Shown here: positions 12,185 to 22,446 of the stretch, in pieces
Layout of the letters: each line of letters begins with the position of its first letter
Numbering within the stretch: the first letter of the stretch is position 1
NCBI RefSeq assembly: GCF_000143415.4
Contig: NW_003314433.1
Location: 87,352-151,351 of the forward strand
Length of the DNA stretch: 64,000 bases
Origin: Selaginella moellendorffii
Taxonomy: Eukaryota > Plantae > Lycopodiophyta
Reading direction: 5' to 3'
The notes under the pieces: generated by a model
Told to the model about the DNA's origin: nothing
Databases searched by the model: none
What the model saw: the letters and a program-made list of their open reading frames with translations, nothing else
Position numbers and translations under genes: made by a program

Positions 12185-15100
12185 ATGGAGGAGGAGTGGA
12201 TCGGCTGTTTCTCTGTCAAGGCGGTCAAGGAGGCTCTCGCAGCGAAGCGGGACAACAAGTGGCACTTCAATGCGATTCGGTTTTATTGTGGGCACATCTG
12301 GAGGCTGGAGGCGCTTGACGCATCCAAAGGTGAGTTTGTTGATGAGGTGAGTGCTACCGTCCAGTGGTTTGGAGGCACAGAGGAGGATCTGATTGGTGTG
12401 CTCAACTGGTACATTTCAAATCCACCGAGTTTAGACAAGGCTCTGGATGTGGGAGATGCTCCTGGTGATGGCAGTTCGTCTGCTGCTGCTGCTGCTCACA
12501 TTGACATTCTCAAGGCCGCTTTGGTACCACAGCTCGACATCAGATTCATCCACTTCGCTGCCAGGGTCGCTTGTAGGTTGGGCATTCCCAGTGATCGAAT
12601 GCAAAGGGTGGCAGAGGGCATTGCTCCTCCTCAGCAGGGACAGGATATTCGCCAGATTGAGGTGCAGAGGTTTGCAAAGCTACTGACGATGACAGAGGAA
12701 TTCAAGGTCTTGAAAGTGCTAGTATTCCATTGGGTAGGCGCAGACATCCTCACACCACCTCAGGAGCTTGAGTTGGCCTTTGCTCAGCTCGACTGCTTGA
12801 CAGAGCTCTGGTTGCGCCATGTTGGGAACCCAGAGACTCTCCTTAGCCAACTCCTTAGGAAAGCAGGAAACAACTTGAAACGTCTCGAATTGCTGGCGAA
12901 CAGGATGACAGTGGAAGGATTTGGGAAATTGAGTAGGGATCTGGCAAGTCAGGAGTGCAAGGTGGAAGAGTTAGCCATCCTGGATGAGGGCATTGCCAAG
13001 GAAGGGTGGGAACAGGCATTTCAGAATGGCATTTGCAATAAGCTAGTGGCACTGCAGGCATATTCGTTTCCAGAGGGGGCAGGTGAAGCACTCTTCAAGG
13101 CACTCACGAGTCCAAACTGTTCGCTGCAAAGACTATACCTATTTTGGGGTACTGATGCTGGAGTGTTGCCATGGGTATGCAAGGCTCTTCAGGAGGGCAC
13201 CAGCCTGTCAGTTTTAGATTGCCGAAGTGAGGACCTGAGCAATGCAACGGGCCTGGGTGAGGCCCTGAGCAGCGCTAAGTGTGGCTTGAAGGAACTCAGC
13301 GTTACACTTTATCCAGGTGATGGTGGTGGATGGTTGGGCAAAGCGCTACAAAATCCCAATTGCAAGCTGATCAAGCTTGATCTTCATTGTCCTGACGAGG
13401 GAGGAGGAATGGTCGGTGACAGCAGTCTGTGGTCAGCTCTCTCAAGTCCACATTGTAAGCTGCGCCATTTGAAAATATGGGGTAGCACGGGAGAAGATGA
13501 GTTAACGTTGGAGTTTGCTAAGGGCATAGAGAAGAGCCAACTGGAGCATTTGAGTATAAGGAACTGCAAAATCACGAATGAGGAGCTCTTTTGGAAAGCT
13601 ATCACCAGCTGCAAGTCTCTGAAAGCTTTGTCATGTGACTCGGAGCTGCCATGGAGGTGCCTTTTGGGAAGCAGCATTGAAGACTTACATATTCGATTTA
13701 AGTCAGAATTTGAAAAGCTGGAAGAGCTTTGCCAGTTCCTGGGGGATCCAAAATGCAAGGTGCGCAGATTCAGGGCTCCTTATCTTAGAAGTGATGCACA
13801 GAAGAGACAAATTCTGGCTGCCCTGGAGGAAAACTACCAAAGCCTCGTGGAAGAGCTTGATATAGGCAATGATTCCGAAGCTTCTGAAGCTTTCAAGCAG
13901 AGGTGTTCTGGTCTTTTAGAGCGGAATGCAATCTTCCAGCAGAGTGCATTCAAAGACTTTGACAACCCGTCAACAGCAAAGCTCTTCTTGTGTGGTGCTA
14001 GCAGGGTTGGAAAGACCACAATAAAAAAAAACCTCTGCCGCAGAGTGTCTTGGTTTCCATCATGTCTCCAAAGGCATGCTTCAACAGCAGGCATTGAGCT
14101 GCAACCACTTGTCTATGCGACCACCAAACAAAAGTTGCTCATTTGCGACCTGGCTGGACAGGAAGAGTTCCATGCTTTCCACCAGTACTTTCTCAGAGGA
14201 AGTGAGAAGGATCTCTTCTTGATCGTATGCAAGGTGGAGGATGACAATTGTGACGTTTTCAAGCAGAATTTGGTTTACTGGCTGAGGTTCATTGCTTCAC
14301 ATCAATCAGCCTCACCCAAAAGGAAGCCCAGGGTCTTGATTGCCTTGAATTTTTTCACTCGAAAATCCAGCTATGACCCAAAGGAGGTGGTTTCTGCAAT
14401 AATCTCCGACAAAGGCTATCGGCAAGTACTTGAGTTTGGGAATGACTTTTGTTTTAAGGTGGTGGCCACTCAAGTGAAAGATTTAAGGGGGATAAAAACC
14501 ATGTTGGGGAGTTGCTTGGAAGAACTGTTGTCAGCCCAGCAACAAATGCCACGGGAATGTCTCAAAGCAAAGGGGAAACTGGTACAAAGTGCAAGTCACA
14601 ACAAGGTCATACCCCTAGATAAGGTTGGCAAAATCCTCTTGCCTAACATCAGTTCCAAAAACATAGAAGCCAGAAAGAACGTTGTTAAATTCGTCTTGCA
14701 ATTTCTACATGATTGTGGAGATGCAATTTACTTTGGCTTGGGACATGAAGAGGGTGACATTGTGTCTCAATTTGTCATCTTAGATGTCCAATGGTTTATG
14801 AGGGATGTGGTGCAACTCTTCATACCTACAGAGAAGACTAGCAAACTCAAAAGTCAAATGGATACACACCAAGTTAAATATCAATTGCAAGAACAATGTG
14901 GGAACCAAGACAAAATAGTGGAGTGCATTCTTGGAGTGCTCCATGAGATGGGAGTGATATTGCCTTGGGATGATACATGGGATGGGAATTGGCATAACTT
15001 GCCCAAAGAGTTAATAATGCCAACACTATTGCAAGAAGAATATTCACCTCCAGAATATTTATTATTGCCATCAGTGCCAATTGACACTCAAAAAAACCAC

Positions 15101-15610
15101 AACTACTGGGGCAGGAGGTTTGAATGCAAAGACAAGGACTTGAAATTGTTTCCTGCAAGTATTTTCACAAAGATCCAAGTTAAACTTTACAAATTAAGCA
15201 AGCAAGGTATTAGGCTTGGGAATGGATGGGTGGCTTTGAAAGAAAACCTTATCGAGACAATTGTGAGAGTTGGGGGAGACACAAACAATTGGAAAGATAG
15301 GCAATGGGTTGATGTCATCATTTATTACCCAAAAGAGGTAGAGAATGCACCAAGGCCAGATTTGGAAAAAGAAGCTGAAGGATGGATGGAAAAAATTAGA
15401 AATTGCATTATTGGGGTATGTATGGAGGATTGCCCATTTTTGGAAATTGAAGAAAATGTGATAAGGCGTGGTTATGTGTGGAGAAGGATACTAAATAAGG
15501 TAGGTAAACCAAAATCATGGGATGCAGTTATTTGTCCACTAAAGCAAATCAAATATGAAGCAAGAGAAAGAGGTTTAGACTACTCCCACACTTTGGAATT
15601 ATTCACATGA
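12185..15610 (+). CDS. TORNADO1-like LRR-Roc-COR (ROCO) protein, copy 1; 1141-aa ORF cut short by a frameshift
   Basis: Ribonuclease-inhibitor-type LRRs (PNCSLQRLYL, KCGLKELSV, PNCKLIKLDL, PHCKLRHLKI); Roc P-loop GASRVGKT, STAGIEL, DLAGQEEFH; TRN1-like YWLRFIAS; COR-like LHDCGDAIYF..VILDVQWF. No introns. Confidence 0.88.
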   Translation: MEEEWIGCFSVKAVKEALAAKRDNKWHFNAIRFYCGHIWRLEALDASKGEFVDEVSATVQWFGGTEEDLIGVLNWYISNPPSLDKALDVGDAPGDGSSSAAAAAHIDILKAALVPQLDIRFIHFAARVACRLGIPSDRMQRVAEGIAPPQQGQDIRQIEVQRFAKLLTMTEEFKVLKVLVFHWVGADILTPPQELELAFAQLDCLTELWLRHVGNPETLLSQLLRKAGNNLKRLELLANRMTVEGFGKLSRDLASQECKVEELAILDEGIAKEGWEQAFQNGICNKLVALQAYSFPEGAGEALFKALTSPNCSLQRLYLFWGTDAGVLPWVCKALQEGTSLSVLDCRSEDLSNATGLGEALSSAKCGLKELSVTLYPGDGGGWLGKALQNPNCKLIKLDLHCPDEGGGMVGDSSLWSALSSPHCKLRHLKIWGSTGEDELTLEFAKGIEKSQLEHLSIRNCKITNEELFWKAITSCKSLKALSCDSELPWRCLLGSSIEDLHIRFKSEFEKLEELCQFLGDPKCKVRRFRAPYLRSDAQKRQILAALEENYQSLVEELDIGNDSEASEAFKQRCSGLLERNAIFQQSAFKDFDNPSTAKLFLCGASRVGKTTIKKNLCRRVSWFPSCLQRHASTAGIELQPLVYATTKQKLLICDLAGQEEFHAFHQYFLRGSEKDLFLIVCKVEDDNCDVFKQNLVYWLRFIASHQSASPKRKPRVLIALNFFTRKSSYDPKEVVSAIISDKGYRQVLEFGNDFCFKVVATQVKDLRGIKTMLGSCLEELLSAQQQMPRECLKAKGKLVQSASHNKVIPLDKVGKILLPNISSKNIEARKNVVKFVLQFLHDCGDAIYFGLGHEEGDIVSQFVILDVQWFMRDVVQLFIPTEKTSKLKSQMDTHQVKYQLQEQCGNQDKIVECILGVLHEMGVILPWDDTWDGNWHNLPKELIMPTLLQEEYSPPEYLLLPSVPIDTQKNHNYWGRRFECKDKDLKLFPASIFTKIQVKLYKLSKQGIRLGNGWVALKENLIETIVRVGGDTNNWKDRQWVDVIIYYPKEVENAPRPDLEKEAEGWMEKIRNCIIGVCMEDCPFLEIEENVIRRGYVWRRILNKVGKPKSWDAVICPLKQIKYEARERGLDYSHTLELFT

Positions 15611-16490
15611 AGCAGAGAGTTGGGATGTGATTAGCGATTTGAAGGTCTCAGATGAGAATGCTTTGGCTAAGCTATTGATGCCTAATGAGCAAAAACATGA
15701 AGTGGTGAATAAGTTTGTTGAACTTCATGAACTCTTGAAGGACTATGAGGAGGTTGGAGAAGTCACAATTCCAAGGCATCATCAGATGTTGTTGAGTTTC
15801 CAAACATTGAAGACCCAAAACTTGATGCAATCCTCAGATATATTAAGAAGATGTTTGATAAAATGGAGAACCGTTTTAACAAGTTGGATACAAAACTTAA
15901 TGACATTGAAGTAAGCGTTAACGAGCTCAAGAATGGAATCAAGTTTATCATGGATAAAGTGAATGCAATCCATACAACGTGTTTTCAAGTATTATTGAAA
16001 TTGGAGACAGATTGCCCAAAATATCCATATATTCTTGATGAGAATAATAGGTGGAAAAATTATAGCAAAATACTGGGAACACATAGTAGACTTCACTACT
16101 TGTGTGAATGGCCTGGAGGAACTTATACTCAGGGAATTAAAGGTCATCAAGTGAAAAATTCTGTAAGTGTTGAATTGGATCTCCCACCAAACTACATTGA
16201 TCCTATTATTTATTGGGGCCAAAGTTTGAGGACATTTTGCTGGTGTTGGAGAGATAGCGAATGCAATATTAGACGAAATCAAGGGAAGCCTCATAAGCTT
16301 TTTGGATTCATGTCTTCTCAAAAGCAAGTTAACTACAAATCCCAAAGCAGAAGATGTGCAAGAGATATTTAAGCTAGTGACAACTAAATTTGGGAAAGAA
16401 GAAAAATGGGAGACAATCATGGAAAATTATTTTGCTCTTTATCCCAAAATCTTGGAGGGAAAACAAATATGGGTTTGCAAAGGTATTTAG
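15593..16490 (+). pseudogene. Frameshifted C-terminal part of LRR-Roc-COR copy 1 (coiled coil plus TRN1-like tail)
   Basis: FDKMENRFNKLDTKLNDIEVSVNELK, CPKYPYIL..RLHYLCEWP and ENYFALYPKILEGKQIWVCKGI lie in different frames. An extra T near 15593 relative to the paralogs. Confidence 0.85.
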
Positions 16491-17660
16491 CATTTAAGTT
16501 TTTTGTTTTATTTAACAAATACCATTCTAAAGCAGATCATCAATCTATAATTTTATAAAATGGTCTAGCAAAACGAAGGTAAATAAATATGCTTTATATA
16601 GTTATTACTATATATCTTTGGTATGATTCAGGTATATTTTGTAGCTGAAGTTAATGAGGTAAGTTTGTATTATAGCTCCAAATTATTCTTTCCTGTTTAT
16701 TTTAATGTTTCAAGTTTATTTCAGTGTTGAATATTTAATATTTTAAGTGAAGGAAAAGCTACCAAATATTTTATTTTTTATCCCATAATTTGGATGATAA
16801 AACAATATATATTTACAAAGGTATTTTATATTGAAATATATCCATGCTTTTAGTTTTATCTAACAGAGGCTATGTAGGGCATTTAAAGTAAATCATTAAT
16901 TATATATTTTGCTCTTCATCCCATAATCCTGGATGAAAGTAAAATATGGATCTGCAAAGGTATTTCACATTTAAGTTTTTAGTTTTATCTAACAAACACC
17001 ATTCTAAAGCAGATCATCAATATATATTTTTACGAGGTAGTTTGGAAAGATGAAGATAAATGAACATACTTTATATAATTATTACTATATGTCTTTGGAA
17101 TGATTGGGCTATATTTTGTAAGAAAAGTTGATGAAGTAAGTTTACATTATTGCTCTAAAATATTATTTCATGTTTATTCTAATGTTTCAAGTTTATTTCA
17201 GTGTTGAATTTTTAATAATCAAAGTGAAGGAAAAACTCATCAAATGATTTCATATTAATGACATTTCAATATGAAAACTAAAATTGTGAAAGAAATTGAC
17301 CAAAAGACAATCATGGCCAAATATTTTAATATCCATCCTATAACCTTGGATTATAAAACAGTATGGATTTACAAAGGTATTTTACATTGAAATATATCTA
17401 TGATTTTAGTTTTATTTAACAAAGACTATGTAGGGCATTTAAAATAAATAATTGATTATATTGATTTTTGAGATTATTTGGCAAGGCAATGATTAATCAA
17501 ATGTCCTCTATATTGTTATAGATATGGCAGAATGTTATTTTTACTATGATTATGCTACATTTCCTGATATAAGTTGATGAGGTATCTTTGCATATTGCTC
17601 TAAAATAATTTTTATATTTATTCTGATGTTTCAGTATTGAATGCTTTAAAAAAAAGCTAC
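16430..17660 (+). repeat. AT-rich degenerate tandem repeats that include the last codons of the ROCO gene; mirrored at ~36125-37080
   Basis: Motif tatccc..aat.tgga....aaa..atatgg.t.t.caaaggtattt at ~16440, ~16780, ~16918 and ~17335, with recurring downstream blocks. Confidence 0.75.
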
Positions 17661-20600
17661 TCAGATGATTTTATGTTAGCGGCATTTTTTATTTTGGCAT
17701 CTTTGGTAAGAAAAATTTAGGAATGAAGTTAATTAACATTAATAAACCTTTTAAGGTAATGCATTTCAAAACTAAATACAAGTGCTTAATTGTTATTTAT
17801 CATCACATACTGTAAAAGATAACTTTATATTATCTTTACCAACTTCAACTTATTCTTTAAATTAATGTTTAGCTAAAATATGTTACAAACTACAGATTAA
17901 AGACTTATGAAAATTGTCATTGTTCACAATTCCATTTACTTGCTAAACTCTATATAGAAATTTATTTACTCTCCTCAATTACATATATATGCCATCTCAT
18001 AAAACCAAACACTGTATTGTACTCTAACTATTGTAAGCAAGTGTTTGAATGACAATAATTTAACAGCAAAAGGTTTTTGAGTGTCTGTAGACATCTTTTA
18101 CAAAATACAAAATATGTATTAAACAAAACTTATAATTATTTTAAAAATAAAGTATAAAAATATTTTTTACTATGAAATCATTTGAAACACATCAAGTGTT
18201 ACTTCAGAGTAGCTCTAATAAAAATGCTTTCTAAATAGTTATTTTGAACATTCTAGTAAATATTTCATTTTTAAAAGGTTGTTTAATTTTAAATTGTTAT
18301 CTTTTTTGCTAGGTTCTTTACAAAGTTTAACTTATATTATTTATGGCACTATAATCTCCTGAATCTAGGCTTTCTAGAAGGTCATCTAACCCAATACTAT
18401 TTAAAGATGCTTAATCTCAAATAACCTATGATTTATAACTAATTGGAACAAAGGGTACATTTTTATATTTAAAAAAATATTAATAATTTTTTAAGTTATT
18501 ATTTTTGGTTGTTTACAATCCATCATGGTTTTTTGCAAGTTTACGCTTTCATAAATGGAAGTTGAAAGTTGCGGCTCTTCTAAGAGCCCTGCTCTTTTAA
18601 CACCCTACCCCTTGAGTTGAAATTGGAGTAAACTAAACTTATTAAATATTAATCTTGACATGTGGTGTTAATCAATTAATAGAGTCACACCTTATACTTC
18701 TCTAATACCAAATATAATTTTTTAAATTTGGACTTCATAAAAGGTTATTTAGCCATTTGGGTATCCAAAAGTGGAATTAAACACATAGAGCATTTAGACC
18801 AATTACAAAGTTGATGTGGTTACAAAAACTCATCTTAAAGTTAGCAAACACCCAAATTAATATTAGGGCTTATAGAGATTATGAGTGAGACTCCTTTAAA
18901 TGATCCTAAAGTAAAAAAAAATTAATCATTTATAAAGATGCCGAAAGCATGGTGATGGTTGCGATCACCACTACTATAACAAAAATGACAAGCTATAATT
19001 ATAGTATACTCCTATTTACATTTCCTTGATAAACATTTATGACATGCAAAAATTCAAAAATAAACTTTATCGAAACCTTTGCAAACTCAACCAAGTTTAT
19101 AAGCTAAATGAAGAAGTTTGGCTTAAAGATGTTTGCATAAGCTCACTCCCAATCTTTATCTCATTTTTGTTTAGAGAACAAACATCTTAATCATTTATTA
19201 TACCTTGTAAATTGGCAAAAAAAAGCTTCAAATTATCATTAATATACTGGTTTATATGTTTTTCTCAAATTTTTGGGCTAGTATTTAGTATTGGGTTGCT
19301 AAGATTTCATGTTAAGCTAAGTAATTTCTCAAGAGAAAAATTTAAGTGAATTTGAAATAAACTCTTTTTAGACAATAACTTACAAAAGAAGAAAGGGTAA
19401 GTCACTATATTATTTAGATATGGAACTTGTTAAAGAGGATCAGCTTGATAAAAAATATATGTATTGATTGAGTGGAGCTAAATTATTAAGCAAAGATGAA
19501 CATTTGGCTAAAGCTTTGATTTATTAATGATTTTGTCGAGATTGGGCAAAATGTTATTATAAATTTATAGTTCATTTTGTAAGTGATTGGATTAATCTTT
19601 GTTGATCTTTACAGTTGGACAATCTCAAAAGTTTCCTCTTTTGCTTTTGAAGGAGAGCTTTGTTAGTGCTTGTACAAGTAAGTTGAGTAAAACAATCCAA
19701 ACACGAAAGGAATCCACCTAACCGCTGCCAGGGGTATAAAAAAATTATAGCTTTTCTTATAATTATTTTTAGCTATGCATCATTTACAAAACTTACACTC
19801 TACAAATCTCACTCGCAAGAGGTTATTTACTATATCACCAAAGTTGTTAGTAACCTTGTGTAAAATTGATAGCTTCTCCTTAAATATTAACAATGGATTG
19901 TATTTCATTTTCATATCCAATATGGAAACATTTATGGATGCCTTGTGGTACTAAATATTTACCAAGTGACCACTTAATTTTAGATTCAATGTTTGTATTA
20001 CAAAGAAAAAAAAGCAAGAGAAGGAATACTTGGATTTTATGCTCTAAAAATAATAAGAGTGAGAGTAGCACCTTTGGACTAACTAAAATATCCAAACCAA
20101 ATAACCCTTGAGATTCATAGATTGTCCTTGAAAGCCAAGATATCAACAAAAAGTAGTGATCACAAGAATAATAGGATAAATGGTTGCATTTGAAATGTTG
20201 GAGATGAGTTGAGATTATATTCTCAAAATAAATATTATAAATAGAGGATGTTATTACTATAGATTTGCATGTTTTGCAAAGGTGATACATACTTGTATGA
20301 CATTTCTCCAAGAAAACTATAAATAATATCTAAAGAGTTTTGAGAAAAAATTTATCTTTCACATTTGTAGTTTCCAAGTATCATGTATGTTGTATTTACA
20401 TTGTTTCCTATAAAAGCCATATTTTCAAAATTGTGAATAAAAGTAGTAAGCCATTGTTTTTTAAGAGAACAATTCCTTGGAAAGCAATATCTAAAGCAAA
20501 CTGTTGATAATTATCATTACATCTCTAAGTGATGAATATCGTTAAGTGTTTGGATTGCCATTGAATAATCTAAGCCACATTTTGGTTGTAATGAGATCGG

Positions 20601-22411
20601 ATATTATATGGTTAAGGTTAACTTTGGTGATATTTCCAACTTGAAGTGTTGACTTCTCATGATTGTCAAGAAAAAGTTTTAAATTTATTAATTTAAAATA
20701 ATCTTGGTAAAACTTTAGAAGTTGGTCCCAAAATTAATATTGAAACCTCCAACAATTCTAATTATCATATTTTTACCTATAACATGGAATCAACAACTGC
20801 ATCTTTAACTAAAGGAGTATATATTGCACCCTTCAAAAAAAGTGAAGAACATCATAATCAAAAACTATATATTTAACAAGAAGTAAAAGAATGATTTTTC
20901 TCGAGGAGAGAAATGAATAAATTTATTGCATCCCCACCTATTTTATATTATATCTGTGAGCAAATTTTGATTAGCACAAGTTAAGAAAACTATTCACTTG
21001 GTTGTAATAGCACATCACACTGCTCACTTAGCCATCTTAAATGTAACTTTGGAAAAATAGGTTATAAGAGTTTATCAAGTTTTATTCACTCATCTATGAA
21101 AAACTTACGAGTGAAAGCATTTCACTCACTACATATTGAAAAGCAAAGAAAAATGCTGAAAGGAAGAGAGAGAAGTTGAAATTATACCTTTGCATTGACG
21201 TAATTATAAACTCTTAAATTTGAAATTCCCGGGAAGTCACCCAACCCAGAGATACTTAACCCTAAATATCCCAAGACCTTTAACCAATTGGAAAAATAAA
21301 TACACTTGGAAAATAAAATGTATTTTTATTCATGAGTCATTTCCCTTTATATTTGAACTTTATTGATCGTCTTTCAAGTTGTTCTCTTTAATTGTTTATA
21401 GTAATATCAATCTATTTATGGATAAGCTTATGGTTTTGTAATTATAGACAAAATTCTAGAACATGACACAAAACTTTACATCTCTAATCAAGTAAAAAAG
21501 TGTGGAGTTGAATGAAGCTATAGTGAGTATCAACAATGGAAAAATTGTAGTAGCTAGAGCAAAATTGCCAAACTCTAGTGAGTAAGAATTTTTCTCTTGT
21601 CTTTTTCATATGGCAGGGTGACACTATGCGATTCAGATGAAGCATCCTCGGAAAGCCCAGGTAAAGTGGTGAATTTCCACTTGCGTTGCAAGAATGCCTT
21701 GATTATAAGCACATCTTGCTGCTTTTCTTCAGGACTAGTACTTGTGATCTTGCAAATTGCAATTAAAGTACTTCGATTTAGTCGGGTATAGTTGCTGCAA
21801 AACATCCTCCTCTGCTGCCGCAGTGCAAGTGGCCAAGCAGCACAAACATTCATTCCCAAACACTGATTAGTTTACTCGTTTTGAAACATTACCAGATAGA
21901 TAGTGTGGTGCTGGATTCAGGGGAGGTGCTCGTAACAATCACGAAAGTTCCAGTTTGACTCCAAACATCTCCCGTGTGATCTTCCACTTGCGAGCGATGT
22001 CTTGTTCTTCATGTATCAATCAAATGGAAGGGAAGTTGCTACCTCCAAAACTCGTTTGTTTCTTCTACAACAGTGTCGATACGATACGCGGAGTAAAAAA
22101 GGAAGCAATCCAAAAAGAGGATGTCCGTAAGATCACTACAGCTTAACCTCACTCTCGCAACTTGGCTCGGTGGTCTCTTCATGGAGGAATCCATGGCAGA
22201 AAGAGAAGGATCGTCAAGTCCGAGCTTTTGCAAACGAGGGAGCGATCGAGCGAAACGACGGCTGCCGCACACTGTGGATTGATCGATAAGTCTCTAGCTG
22301 GAGACACGGAGAATCCACCGAGCATCTCGACAGGAACTTTCATGATCATCATCACGCGCTTCAAGCACGGCCTAGCTTAACATCAACGACTTTGGGCTTG
22401 GCAAAGTTCTT

Positions 22412-22446
<35 letters not shown>

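Larger units (their letters stand above)
1..19774 (+). repeat. Segmental duplication unit, copy A (~19.8 kb)
   Basis: Sequence from position 1 (gtgcatcatttacaaaacttacactc) recurs from 19775. Paired ORFs confirm the offset (119/19893, 2145/21955, 8799/28775). Confidence 0.95.

Noticed and set aside
12185-15610. Calling the LRR-NTPase an NLR (NB-ARC/NACHT) or the true TRN1 ortholog
   Set aside because: LRRs are N-terminal and the NTPase has small-GTPase motifs (DLAGQ), so it is a ROCO. Orthology to TRN1 cannot be shown without a tree, so no symbol is given.
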